In this document: piece by piece, positions 27,172 to 36,517 of the stretch
How the letters are laid out: each line of letters starts with the position of its first letter
Numbering within the stretch: the first letter of the stretch is position 1
Made by a program: the position numbers and the translations under genes
Source: an uncultured Chloroflexia bacterium
Lineage (GTDB): Bacteria; Chloroflexota; Anaerolineae; Anaerolineales; E44-bin32
Length of the DNA: 64,000 nucleotides
Direction of reading: 5' to 3'
Assembly: GCA_963710255.1 (NCBI GenBank)
Contig: CAVPZJ010000006.1
Coordinates: forward strand, 648,826-712,825
The notes under the pieces: generated by a model
Told to the model about the DNA's origin: nothing
Database searches by the model: none
What the model saw: the letters and a program-made list of their open reading frames with translations, nothing else

Positions 27172-27746
27172 GGCTTCTCGTCCCGGGCAGCGAGCAATCC
27201 ATTGAGGAAGAGATCAGCGTATAGATCTGCAATTTGCTCCGCCGCGTACTTGCCCTTGAGGTCAAACCAGGTGATGGTCCAATTCAGCACGCCCAGCAGC
27301 GCGAAGGTCGTGATGCGTGGGTCCTGTTCACGGAATTCGCCGGCCTTCACGCCACCCTGGATGATCTCCCGCCACATGGCTTCGAAGCGATCGCGCCGGG
27401 CGATGTGTGCTGCCCGCCGGTCGTCATCCAGACTGCGGTGCTCCATGAGCAGGACACCTGCCAGATCCGCTTGCTCGGTGAGTCGGGTCACATACAGCAG
27501 CATCGCCTGCCTCAGTTGCACGGCAGGCGATACGTTGCTATGTAAGACTCCCTCCAGATCATCAATCAGCAGATCGAGAGCCTGGTCCAGGATGGAGACC
27601 AGGATTTCCTGTTTGCCGGAGATATGGTGGTACAGGCTGGCCTTCTGAAGCTTAACGGCGTCGGCGATATCCTGCATCGACGTGCCATCATAGCCCTTGA
27701 GGCGGAAGATCTGGGCAGCTGCCTGGATGATGTCCGCTTGTTGCAA
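27168..27746 (-). CDS. TetR/AcrR-family regulator (FadR-like by context); TTG start
   Basis: HTH region IIQAAAQIFRLKGYDGTSMQDIADAVKLQKASLYHHISGKQEIL. It is the first gene of the beta-oxidation operon. Confidence 0.88.
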   Translation of the reverse strand: MQQADIIQAAAQIFRLKGYDGTSMQDIADAVKLQKASLYHHISGKQEILVSILDQALDLLIDDLEGVLHSNVSPAVQLRQAMLLYVTRLTEQADLAGVLLMEHRSLDDDRRAAHIARRDRFEAMWREIIQGGVKAGEFREQDPRITTFALLGVLNWTITWFDLKGKYAAEQIADLYADLFLNGLLAARDEKP

Positions 27747-27756
27747 AGCCCACTCC

Positions 27757-27774
27757 CTACCGACCGTTCGGTAG
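27757..27774. promoter_or_regulatory. candidate TetR operator
   Basis: Perfect inverted repeat CTACCGA-ccgt-TCGGTAG, 11 nt upstream of the TetR TTG start. Confidence 0.5.
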
Positions 27775-27778
27775 AATT

Positions 27779-27808
27779 AGTCTAGCATAGTGCTTCACTG
27801 CGAGTCAA
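27779..27808 (-). promoter_or_regulatory. candidate promoter of the TetR/beta-oxidation operon
   Basis: Minus strand TTGACT (27803-27808), an 18-nt spacer, then TAGACT (27779-27784). The operator sits directly downstream of the -10 box. Confidence 0.4.
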
Positions 27809-27923
27809 GCATTCGTCGCACCTCCTGCACGAGTTCGTGGTTAAATGAATAGTGGCCACGAATGGGAGCATGCCCAGCGCAGCCGAGACATCCGCCGCAT
27901 GACACGATCAAGGAGATCGCTCG

Positions 27924-30173
27924 ATGACGATTACCAAGGAAGAAGCTCTCGAATACCATCGCCGCGGTAAACCAGGCAAGATCGAGGTCGTCCCCACCAA
28001 ACCGCTCGAAACCCAGCGTGATCTTTCACTTGCCTACACACCTGGGGTAGCCGTCCCGGTGCTCGAGATCGAACGCGATCCCCAAACCGCGTATGAATAC
28101 ACGGCCAAGAGCAACCTGGTTGCAGTCATCTCGAATGGGACTGCCATCCTCGGGCTTGGCGATCGGGGTGCGCTTGCTTCCAAGCCTGTAATGGAGGGAA
28201 AAGGGGTTCTCTTCAAGGTCTTTGCGGATGTCGATGTCTTCGACATCGAGGTCGAGACGCATGATCCGGATGAATTTATCCAGGTGGCGGCCAATATCGC
28301 GCCGACCTTCGGTGGCATTAACCTGGAAGACATCAAAGCGCCCGAGTGCTTCTACATTGAAGAACGGCTGAAAGAGATGCTCGAGATCCCCGTCTTCCAC
28401 GACGACCAGCATGGAACTGCCATCATCTCTGGTGCGGCACTGTTCAACGGCTTGGAAATCGTCGAAAAGGACATCGCCGACATTCGCGTGGTTGTGTCCG
28501 GCGCAGGCGCCTCGGCAATTTCGTGCTCAGAACTGGCGGTGCGCCTAGGCGTCAAACGCGAGAACATCCTGCTCGTCGACAGCAAGGGTGTCGTCTACCA
28601 GGGTCGCGAGCAGGGCATGAACGAGTACAAGCTGCGTTTCGCCGCCGACACGGATGCCCGCGACCTGGCTGATGCCTGCCGGGGGGCGGACGTGTTTTAC
28701 GGACTCTCGGTTGCAGACATCCTGACGGCCGATATGGTGAAGACGATGGCGGAACGGCCGCTCATCTTCGCCATGGCCAACCCCGATCCCGAGATTAAGT
28801 ACGAAATCGCCAAGGAAGCGCGGCCGGATGCCATCGTAGCAACTGGACGCAGCGATTACCCGAACCAGATTAACAACGTGCTCGGCTTTCCCTTCATCTT
28901 CCGCGGCGCTCTCGACGTTCGCGCCCGAGCGATCAACGAGGAGATGAAGGTCGCCGCCGCGAAGTCGCTCGCCGCGCTCACAAAGGAAGACGTGCCCGAC
29001 AGCGTGCTGCATGCTTACAACCTGGATCGGCTGCGTTTTGGACCTGATTACATCATCCCCAAGCCGTTCGATCCGCGTGTCCTGCTCTGGGAAGCCCCAG
29101 CCGTCGCCGGGGCAGCCATGGAGACCGGCGTCGCCCGCATCCAGATCGACCTGGATACGTACCGCGAAGAGCTCGCCCTGCGCCAGGGGAAAGGTGCCCG
29201 CGTGCGCCAGCTCATACTCAATAAAGCCCGGCAGGCGCCGAAACGAGTGGTCTTCGGAGAAGGCGAAGAAGACAAGATCATACGCGCTGCTGCCCAGGTC
29301 ATCGACGAGGGGATTGGCGAGCCGATCCTGCTCGGACGACCCGAGGTCATCCAGGAGCGCATCGAGCACCTCGGTCTCTCCGCCGAGTTCAAAATCATCG
29401 ATCCCGAGAAATCGACCTTGGGCGAAGAGTTGGCCGAGGCTTACTTCAACATACGCGAACGCAAGGGCATCACCCACGCGCACGCCGCACGCCGTGTGCG
29501 CAATCCAAACGTATTCGGGCCTATGATGGTAGCCAACGGCCATGCGGATGCTTTCGTCGCCGGTTTGACCTACGACTACCCGGAGGTGATCCGCCCTGCC
29601 CTGGAGATCTTCCACACGCGGGCCGGCACGTCGCGCGCCGCCGGGCTGTACCTGATCATCGTCGAGAACAAGGTCTACATCTTCACCGACGCCACGGTCA
29701 ACATCAACCCGACCGCGGAGGACCTGGCGGAAATTGCCTGCCTGGCGGCGGATTTCGCCAAGCAAATCGAAATCGAACCGCGTGTGGCGATGCTGTCCTT
29801 TTCCAACTTCGGCAGCACCCGCCACCCGCTCTCCGACAAGGTGCGCAAGGCGGTTGAGTTGGTCCGGCAGAAACGACCGGACCTGCAGGTCGACGGCGAG
29901 ATGCAGGCAGACACGGCCGTTGTGGACGACATCATGGAGCAGCGCTACCCCTTCAGCCAGGTTCGCGATGCGAACGTGCTCGTCTTCCCCTCACTGGAGG
30001 CGGCCAATGTCGCCTACAAGCTTGTGACGCGTTTGGGGAAAGCGCAGGCGATTGGTCCCATCCTGCTCGGGATCGACGGTCCGGTCCACGTGCTCCAGAC
30101 CGGGGACGATGTGGCCGATATCGTCCGGATGGCAGCCGTGGCCGTGATGGATGCTGGTTCACGCTCGAAATGA
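27924..30173 (+). CDS. maeB: NADP-dependent malic enzyme with a C-terminal phosphotransacetylase-like domain
   Basis: ..[10 protein letters not shown].., ..[13 protein letters not shown].., ..[15 protein letters not shown].., plus the PTA-like C-terminal half. The 749-aa length fits. Confidence 0.92.
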   Translation: MTITKEEALEYHRRGKPGKIEVVPTKPLETQRDLSLAYTPGVAVPVLEIERDPQTAYEYTAKSNLVAVISNGTAILGLGDRGALASKPVMEGKGVLFKVFADVDVFDIEVETHDPDEFIQVAANIAPTFGGINLEDIKAPECFYIEERLKEMLEIPVFHDDQHGTAIISGAALFNGLEIVEKDIADIRVVVSGAGASAISCSELAVRLGVKRENILLVDSKGVVYQGREQGMNEYKLRFAADTDARDLADACRGADVFYGLSVADILTADMVKTMAERPLIFAMANPDPEIKYEIAKEARPDAIVATGRSDYPNQINNVLGFPFIFRGALDVRARAINEEMKVAAAKSLAALTKEDVPDSVLHAYNLDRLRFGPDYIIPKPFDPRVLLWEAPAVAGAAMETGVARIQIDLDTYREELALRQGKGARVRQLILNKARQAPKRVVFGEGEEDKIIRAAAQVIDEGIGEPILLGRPEVIQERIEHLGLSAEFKIIDPEKSTLGEELAEAYFNIRERKGITHAHAARRVRNPNVFGPMMVANGHADAFVAGLTYDYPEVIRPALEIFHTRAGTSRAAGLYLIIVENKVYIFTDATVNINPTAEDLAEIACLAADFAKQIEIEPRVAMLSFSNFGSTRHPLSDKVRKAVELVRQKRPDLQVDGEMQADTAVVDDIMEQRYPFSQVRDANVLVFPSLEAANVAYKLVTRLGKAQAIGPILLGIDGPVHVLQTGDDVADIVRMAAVAVMDAGSRSK

Positions 30174-30222
30174 CGATGCTTGCTTGAGCCTTGCCGGGGG
30201 TTGGATTACAATACAACCACCA

Positions 30223-30294
30223 GCCCCTGTAGCTCAGTGGATAGAGCGCTGCCCTCCGGAGGCAGATGCCGGCGTTCGAGTCGCCGCAGGGGTA
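30223..30294 (+). tRNA. tRNA-Arg (anticodon CCG); CCA not encoded
   Basis: GCCCCTGTAGCTCAGTGGATAGAGCGCTGCCCTCCGGAGGCAGATGCCGGCGTTCGAGTCGCCGCAGGGGTA. The anticodon loop is CTCCGGA and the T-loop is TTCGAGT. There is a G1-U72 wobble in the acceptor stem. Confidence 0.85.
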
Positions 30295-30297
30295 CTA

Positions 30298-30332
30298 ACA
30301 CCGCCAGGTGAATTTACCGGGCGGTGTTTGTT
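30298..30332 (+). terminator. rho-independent terminator after tRNA-Arg
   Basis: ACACCGCC (30298-30305) pairs with GGCGGTGT (30320-30327), followed by TTGTT. Confidence 0.7.
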
Positions 30333-30423
30333 CAGCCTACTCGCATCATTGAAAGACTCCAATCCCACTCGAACCAGTCCATCTTCCCCTGCATCGTTCC
30401 CCCCCCGCTGAACAGGTCCCGGT

Positions 30424-33087
30424 TCAAAGGATTTCAATCACGCCGTGGTTTCCATCCACGCGCACCCGCTGACCCGTTTGAAGGGTCTTCGTCGCATCGC
30501 GAACACCAACGATGGCGGGGATGCCATATTCACGCGCCACAACCGCGCCATGGGTCAGCGCGCCGCCGACTTCGAGGATCAATCCGCTGGCATTGATGAA
30601 GAGCGGAGTCCACCCTGGATCACTGAACTCGGCGACCAATATTTCGCCGGGTGCCAGCGTCTCGCGCTGCGGGTCGCGAATGATGTGGACCTTTCCCTCG
30701 ACTACTCCCGGCGAGACCGGGTTCCCCAGCAATGCTCCCTCTGGAGCCTCATCGTCCTGGTAGTGCACCACCGGGCCTTCCCCATCACTGGAGATGATCA
30801 TCGGGGGTGGAAACTTTTGAAAACGCACGTACTCGGACTGCCGTTGTCGTACCGTTTGACTCCAATTGGCGCTGTGATCGTCAAAGATTGCGAATAGTTC
30901 GCTCCAGGTCAGGTACCAGATGTCATCCGGCTGCTCCAATTTTTTTGCAGCTACGAGCTGGTTGGCGTTGCTTTTCAAAATTTCCTTGATCACCCCCAGC
31001 AAGCGAATCACCATGAATTTGTGATGTTCGCGCATGCCGCCGGTTTCGCTCATCACATGGTACAGTCGGTTTATCACATGCATTCGTGCCTTGCCCAGAA
31101 GGCCGTTTCCTGCCTTCAGACGCAGTATCCGTATTGAAGCCTCGCGCCCCTTGACCAGCGATTGATAGTGTGCGCGGTGACGCCCACCTTCCCCGTTCAA
31201 GTATTCCGCGAGTACCCGCAGCACAGGCAGCGGCTCTTCGTACCAACGCGGTTTGGCGATGTCGATTTCCGAAGGACCCCGTGAGCCATACCGGGATAAA
31301 AAATCGCTCCATGCAACCATGAATGGCGTGCTGCCTTCCAGCTGCGCGGCCTGCTGGAGCCACAGGCTCCCATCATCCCCCAGGTGCTTGAACAATTCCG
31401 TCAGCTCCGGAGAGCGGCGGGCCAGATCTGCCAGGTCACCGATCGCCAGGTTCATCTCGTTCACGACGTTTCCGGGGATCCCCAACGTAAGCGCCTCAAG
31501 TTCATCTGGAGTCAACCAGCGCTTGGCCAGGCGTGGCAGGATGCGGGCAGCGGCCATCCCTGCGACGGTTTCTGGAACCCAGTTGAGGAAGAAGGGAAAG
31601 AACTCGGGCATGATATCCAGCACGGCCTCGAGCTGCACTTTCCCCGGCGGGTACGCCTCCAGGGAATGGGCCACAGCCGAGATATAGTCATCCATGAGTG
31701 CGTTGGTTTCATCGACAAACCCGTTCAGATCCCGCTTCCATAGGGCCCTCAACACCCGCCGCACGATGTTCAGCACGCCTTTGAAGAATGCTAAGTTGAG
31801 GCGCAGCCTTTGAGAATGTTGAAATTCGGGTCGCCGTATCAACTGCCTGGCAGCAGCAGGAGCCAAGGCATCAAGCTGGGAAAGCAGGCCAAACATCATC
31901 CGGCGCAACAAGGGGTGCCGAAGCGGAAGCGTGAGATCGGCAAAACCCCGTGCTCCGCTGGTGCGGAAGTATGCGTTGTCGAAACGACTTCGCTCATGAC
32001 CGATGGGCATCAGCACCTGAATGGTCGAAAGGCCAAGGGGTGTCATGGCATCCAACATGCTCTGTTGGTGACCCATGCTCAGGTAAATGTGCAGGCTGCC
32101 GTCCGGAGATCGCAGCCCATCGATCGGGTACAGCGAGGTAATGGGTCGGGTTTGGAGCAGGAAGGTTTGCCCATTTGCGATGGCCCATTCGATATCCTGT
32201 GGTTGGTTGTAATGGGCTTCGATTTTCGAGCCCATCGCCGCTAAGTCTAGAACCTGGGCATCGGTCAGGACGGTCTGCTCGCGTTGGTCAGCGCTGAGCA
32301 GCTCCTGCCGAGTCCCACCGTGCTCGGCCGCGAAGATGGCAAGTTTTTTATCGGCGATCTGACGCTCGAGAAAGGCGTTGGTGCGTTTGTCCACGCGATA
32401 GGTATCAGGTGTGACCAATCCACCAACCAGCGCTTCGCCCAGGCCAAAGCTAGCGTCGATCGTCAGCGTGTGCCTGTGCCCCGTGACCGGGTCGGCTGTA
32501 AAGAGGATGCCAGAGGTTTCCGCCATGATCATCTGCTGGACCACGACCGAAAGCTGGACCTCTCGATGCGGGAAATTGTTTTGGATGCGGTAAAGGATGG
32601 CGCGGTCGGTGAATAGTGATACCCAGCAGCGCCGAATGGCATCAAGCAGTGCGGTTTCACCGATGATGTTCAGGTAGGTATCCTGCTGCCCGGCAAAAGA
32701 CGCTTCGGGCAGATCTTCCGCTGTAGCACTTGAACGCACCGCATAGGCTCGATCTGCACCATGCGCTTGCCATGCTTGCTTGACCGCATCGCGAACTTCG
32801 CCGGGGATTGCGACACCCATCAGCGTTTGGCGCACGTATTGGCCCACACGACGCACGGACTTGACCTCCTTATCGGTCAGCGTGTCTAACCTCTTATAGA
32901 GCGCCTCGCCTTCTGCACAGCCAGCGATGAAATGTTGAAATGCATGGGTCGTCACGCAATATCCTGGGGGAACGGGAAAACCGGCATGGCTCATCTCACC
33001 AAGATTGGCGCCCTTGCCGCCCACGAGGAGCAGATCGCCGACGTGAATTTCAGAAAACGACAGGACAAGCGGGCGTTCATTGGTCAT
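30424..33087 (-). CDS. PEP-utilising enzyme with rifampicin-phosphotransferase-like architecture: N-terminal ATP-grasp, unknown middle region, C-terminal swivel-His domain
   Basis: The N-terminus LVGGKGANLGEMSHAGFPVPPGYCVT is PPDK_N-like. The extreme C-terminus GGALTHGAVVAREYGIPAIVG is the mobile His domain. There is no C-terminal TIM barrel. The 887-aa length fits. Confidence 0.75.
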   Translation of the reverse strand: MTNERPLVLSFSEIHVGDLLLVGGKGANLGEMSHAGFPVPPGYCVTTHAFQHFIAGCAEGEALYKRLDTLTDKEVKSVRRVGQYVRQTLMGVAIPGEVRDAVKQAWQAHGADRAYAVRSSATAEDLPEASFAGQQDTYLNIIGETALLDAIRRCWVSLFTDRAILYRIQNNFPHREVQLSVVVQQMIMAETSGILFTADPVTGHRHTLTIDASFGLGEALVGGLVTPDTYRVDKRTNAFLERQIADKKLAIFAAEHGGTRQELLSADQREQTVLTDAQVLDLAAMGSKIEAHYNQPQDIEWAIANGQTFLLQTRPITSLYPIDGLRSPDGSLHIYLSMGHQQSMLDAMTPLGLSTIQVLMPIGHERSRFDNAYFRTSGARGFADLTLPLRHPLLRRMMFGLLSQLDALAPAAARQLIRRPEFQHSQRLRLNLAFFKGVLNIVRRVLRALWKRDLNGFVDETNALMDDYISAVAHSLEAYPPGKVQLEAVLDIMPEFFPFFLNWVPETVAGMAAARILPRLAKRWLTPDELEALTLGIPGNVVNEMNLAIGDLADLARRSPELTELFKHLGDDGSLWLQQAAQLEGSTPFMVAWSDFLSRYGSRGPSEIDIAKPRWYEEPLPVLRVLAEYLNGEGGRHRAHYQSLVKGREASIRILRLKAGNGLLGKARMHVINRLYHVMSETGGMREHHKFMVIRLLGVIKEILKSNANQLVAAKKLEQPDDIWYLTWSELFAIFDDHSANWSQTVRQRQSEYVRFQKFPPPMIISSDGEGPVVHYQDDEAPEGALLGNPVSPGVVEGKVHIIRDPQRETLAPGEILVAEFSDPGWTPLFINASGLILEVGGALTHGAVVAREYGIPAIVGVRDATKTLQTGQRVRVDGNHGVIEIL

Positions 33088-33752
33088 AGCAAATCAGCAA
33101 TTCCCTTTACGAAGAAGAGCAGCCCAAAACCAAGCGGCGCCCAAATCCCAATCGCGCGGCTGTGCTGTTTCAAGAACCGCTCGACCGAATTCAAGAGAGC
33201 ATCTCCCCGGACGGGAAAGGAGATGTAAATGAAAACCGGGATGAGGACAGAAAGGCAAAAGACAACCACGACCAGCAGGGTGATGATGAGTTGCTCGGCT
33301 AGGGACAAATCGCTGAGGATAACGACGGAGGCAGCCGTCAAAAAGAGTGCCAGGTTCTTTACATTGAGGATGGTGACCAACGCCCCAAAGCCGAATGCTT
33401 TGGGTGGAGTGATGCTGTCCACGATCGAGAAAAACCGGGGCGGACCCGCCTCGGCTGCGACGGGTCTTCGCATATTCCGTATGGCGAGCGAGAGGAGCAA
33501 GCTGCCCAACACCATCAACAAAATCGGCTGAACGAGGTTTCCCTCAACTGTCTCTGCCCCGGCCGTACGGTACCCCAGCATTACAGCCGACGCCCCAATG
33601 AGGGTGTAGGCGCTGGCATATCCGAGCGCGTATCCCAGGCCGTTCCGCCAGCCATGTTCAGAAAGCAGCAAGAGGATGACGAATGTGATCGAACCGACCG
33701 AGATCAGACCAGACGAAGCAAGGACGATGGCCTGGATGAGTACCGGGTACAC
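33084..33752 (-). CDS. small six-TM membrane protein, LysE/GAP-like exporter family (tentative)
   Basis: Six hydrophobic segments. The GTG start at 33750-33752 is preceded by AAGGAG. The stop overlaps the start of the PEP-utilising enzyme gene. The ORF-track extension to 34100 would run through the divergent TetR. Confidence 0.55.
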   Translation of the reverse strand: MYPVLIQAIVLASSGLISVGSITFVILLLLSEHGWRNGLGYALGYASAYTLIGASAVMLGYRTAGAETVEGNLVQPILLMVLGSLLLSLAIRNMRRPVAAEAGPPRFFSIVDSITPPKAFGFGALVTILNVKNLALFLTAASVVILSDLSLAEQLIITLLVVVVFCLSVLIPVFIYISFPVRGDALLNSVERFLKQHSRAIGIWAPLGFGLLFFVKGIADLL

Positions 33753-33774
33753 TCGTTCTCCTTGATGGATGCCT

Positions 33775-33802
33775 CGATTGGATGGGCCAACGTATCCAAT
33801 CG
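33775..33802. promoter_or_regulatory. candidate TetR operator in the divergent intergenic region
   Basis: Perfect 9-bp arms CGATTGGAT-n10-ATCCAATCG, 23 nt upstream of the membrane-protein start, in a stretch of about 37% GC. Confidence 0.45.
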
Positions 33803-33887
33803 TAGTACGTGATTTATTGTAAGTCAATACTAACATATGATATGATCGGATTGCATCAACCAGCCTATTCAAGGCTCGAGGTATGGA

Positions 33888-34508
33888 ATGCCGAAAATCG
33901 TAAAAGAAGGAGAACTCTTCCACGCGGTTATGCAAGTTATCGCGGCGCGGGGCTATGCCGGGGCAACGACGAAGGCGATGGCGAAGGAGGCTAACGTTAG
34001 TGAGGTCACGCTCTTTCGAAAATTCGGAAGCAAGCAGGAACTCGTAAAGCAAGCGATCTCGTCCATCATCAAGAACAGTGCCCTGGCATCGTCCGCCCAA
34101 TATACTGGTGATCTCGAATCGGATTTAGCAAGGATACTCATAGCCTACCAGGCATCAGCCATCGAGCATGGTGATTTCATCTCGGCGGTTTTCCTGGAGC
34201 TCTCCCGAAATCCAGAATTGGTCGAAGTAATCGACGAACCCATGAACGCATTCCTTGCCATCGGAGATATAATTGCCAAATACCAGGAGGAGGGCAAGTT
34301 GAAGAAGGGCGCACCGATTCAGTTCCTGGCTGTACTGTTTGGTCCATTGATGTACACGGCCATGATGCAAAGAGCATTGCCGATTCCAAACCAAACCAGC
34401 CTTGATCTCTCCACCTATCTCGACAACTTCATCAGCGGATACAAACCCGGCCCAGGAGATGAGCTGAAAACATCCAACCCAGTCGCTCGTGATCGATTAT
34501 CCGGCTGA
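33888..34508 (+). CDS. TetR/AcrR-family regulator
   Basis: LFHAVMQVIAARGYAGATTKAMAKEANVSEVTLFRKFGSKQELV is the HTH region. GC is about 50% by hand count. Confidence 0.85.
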   Translation: MPKIVKEGELFHAVMQVIAARGYAGATTKAMAKEANVSEVTLFRKFGSKQELVKQAISSIIKNSALASSAQYTGDLESDLARILIAYQASAIEHGDFISAVFLELSRNPELVEVIDEPMNAFLAIGDIIAKYQEEGKLKKGAPIQFLAVLFGPLMYTAMMQRALPIPNQTSLDLSTYLDNFISGYKPGPGDELKTSNPVARDRLSG

Positions 34509-34562
34509 GCAAACGGACCGCTGCGAGGCCAGGGTCAGCCGGGATCCGCCGGCCGGCAGGCC

Positions 34563-35212
34563 TTATGCTGGAGCATCCATCAACCGGTACGCGAGGTCGA
34601 GGGCTGAAATGGCGTCCTCAGCGTACCCATCGGCTCCGATCTCCTCTGCGTATTCGCAGTAACGGGCGCCCCACCGACCATGACCTTGACTTTCTCTCGC
34701 AACCCGGCTTGCTTGAGCGCTTCGATCAGTTTTCTCTGCTGCCCCATCGTCGTGGTGAGCAATGCCGAGGCGCCAACGATGTCGGCATCGATCTCTTTCA
34801 CCGCTGCGATGAAGGCCTCGGTTGAGTTGTCAACGCCAATATCCAGGACCTTAAATCCATTGGCGGTCAGGATGGTGCCCACGAGCGTTTTCCCGATCTC
34901 ATGCAAATCACCCTCGACCGTCCCCAGCACGACCCTTCCAACCACTTCACGCTGCTGCCCTTCGAGCAGGGCGGGTTCGAGGATCGCCAGGGCCGATTTC
35001 AGCACATCCGCCCCGATGATTAACTCCGGCAGGTAGTATTCCCCCTCCGCGAACAACTCCCCTACCTTCTGTATCCCCTTGATCAGTCCGTTGTCGATGC
35101 AGGCGAGTGGGTCCATCCCCTCTTCAAGCGCCTGGCGTGCGAGCTCCTCAGCCGCTTCGACGTCACCATCGACGACTGCCTGGGCTAGCTTGCTGTGAAG
35201 ATCGCTCGTCAT
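34563..35212 (-). pseudogene. cobalamin-binding corrinoid protein (MtaC/MtbC-like, B12-binding cap plus Rossmann domain); C-terminal about 30 aa out of frame. May be an assembly indel.
   Basis: DxHxxG motif GDLHEIGKTLV, plus SALLTTTM and VMVGGAPVT. After ..GGAPVT the expected EYAEEIGADGYAEDAISALDLAYRLMDAPA* is readable only in the adjacent frame (own translation), stopping at 34563. The ATG at 35212 is preceded by GAGGAGG. Confidence 0.75.
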
Positions 35213-35482
35213 GCTCTCCTCCTCGAGGGCGCCGCTTGCAGCGGCAGCCGCCCATATCCGGAGACTCTGCGGCAATGGGATGGCTACAGCCAATCATTTT
35301 ACATTGACCAGGTTCAAGCATGCTGATGACAAAATTATCTAGGAGGGCATCGCTTGATACAAATACCCTTTATAATGCTGCCTCGTTGGATACCATCCAA
35401 TCACCTGGTGACAGCGTGGAGAAACGCCAGATCCCGCTCGCTCTTTTCAACCAGCTTCAATTTCGGAGGGTTCACTTCGCCC

Positions 35483-35932
35483 ATGCGTATGACTGAGAAG
35501 CAAACTGGCACGCTACCAAACCTGACATCGAGACGATGGCTCATGCTCTGGGCTGCGATCCTTCTGCTGCCTGGCATGTTCATTGGCTGCAGCCCTGCTG
35601 CCCAGGTCGAAGCGCCACCTGCAATCCCACAACTCATCAGCCCACTCGACTATGTTGCCCAGTTTGGTGAGGACCCATCGGTTTCACTGATCGATGTCCG
35701 CACACCGGAGGAGTTTGCCTCCGGGCATATCGCCGGTGCGGCTAACATCCCGGTCGAGGAGCTCGGCGCCCGCCTGGCGGAGGTGCCTGAGGGCCAACCG
35801 GTCATCGTGTACTGCCGTTCGGGCAACCGCAGCGCAGCCGCTGCCCGCATCCTCGTCGACGCAGGTTATGCACCCGTCTACGATCTGGGCGGGATTCAAT
35901 CCTGGGTTGCGGAGGGACTTCCTATCGAGTAG
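35483..35932 (+). CDS. rhodanese-domain lipoprotein (sulfurtransferase-like)
   Basis: Lipobox MFIGC. IDVRTPEEFASGHIAGAANIP..VIVYCRSGNRSAAAA includes the active-site CRSGNR loop. Confidence 0.8.
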   Translation: MRMTEKQTGTLPNLTSRRWLMLWAAILLLPGMFIGCSPAAQVEAPPAIPQLISPLDYVAQFGEDPSVSLIDVRTPEEFASGHIAGAANIPVEELGARLAEVPEGQPVIVYCRSGNRSAAAARILVDAGYAPVYDLGGIQSWVAEGLPIE

Positions 35933-35999
35933 CCCAGAGAAATGGCACCGCCCTCGAAGCGTGGATTGTCCATCCCTGCCCATCCCGATTACTACAGGA

Positions 36000-36488
36000 T
36001 CAGACCTCAATGATCTTCACTTCCATGGCTGGCAAGTCCACCAGCGCCAGCGTGCTGCGGCCGTTCATGCCCATCATCTCGCCCGGGTTGAGCAGCACAC
36101 AGCCATCGATTTCTGATTGGTGAAGCGTATGATCATGCCCGTAGCAGACGAGGCCATACTGTCCTGAGCGGGCGAGATCCTGTGCAATCTCTGGGTAGTG
36201 GTTCATCGCAACGCGCACACCGCCCAGCTCAAGCCGGGCAAGCATGCCATGGAGTGTCACCCCCGGGAAGGCTGAAGCGACCCGGCTGATCGCATACGGG
36301 TCGCCGTCGTTGTTTCCCCAGACCACATGCAGGGCTCGATCGCCAAGCGCTTGGACAAGGCGCTTGATTACAAACGGCGAGCACAAATCTCCGCAGTGAA
36401 GTACAGCCTCGGCTTGCTGGAGGTGTTCCGCAGCGGCCTCGATCTTCCAGATATTATCGTGGGTGTCACTCAGTACAGCGATGCGCAT
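36000..36488 (-). CDS. YfcE/MJ0936-family metallophosphoesterase
   Basis: MRIAVLSDTHDN, HCGDL, GNNDGD and YGHDH motifs. Confidence 0.85.
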   Translation of the reverse strand: MRIAVLSDTHDNIWKIEAAAEHLQQAEAVLHCGDLCSPFVIKRLVQALGDRALHVVWGNNDGDPYAISRVASAFPGVTLHGMLARLELGGVRVAMNHYPEIAQDLARSGQYGLVCYGHDHTLHQSEIDGCVLLNPGEMMGMNGRSTLALVDLPAMEVKIIEV

Positions 36489-36517
36489 CGCTTCATCTCC
36501 TTACCTTGCCTACCACC

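Noticed and set aside
33753-34100. The 5' extension of the membrane-protein ORF (to 34100) and the hpt extension (2223-2324).
   Set aside because: The extensions run through the divergent TetR gene and into tdk respectively. Internal starts with good RBS or family-typical N-termini exist at 33752 and 2222.
30295-34580. att-like direct repeat of the tRNA-Arg 3' end at the far boundary of the low-GC cassette.
   Set aside because: By eye I found no copy of GGCGTTCGAGTCGCCGCAGGGGTA or a substantial part of it near 34.5 kb. Island status therefore rests only on composition and tRNA adjacency.
35213-35360. Possible cobalamin riboswitch upstream of the corrinoid protein gene.
   Set aside because: The roughly 140-nt leader lacks the B12-box-like core and the GGTGC...GCCACTG-type conserved elements I would expect, and it is shorter than typical cobalamin riboswitches. 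Only a covariance-model scan could fully exclude one.
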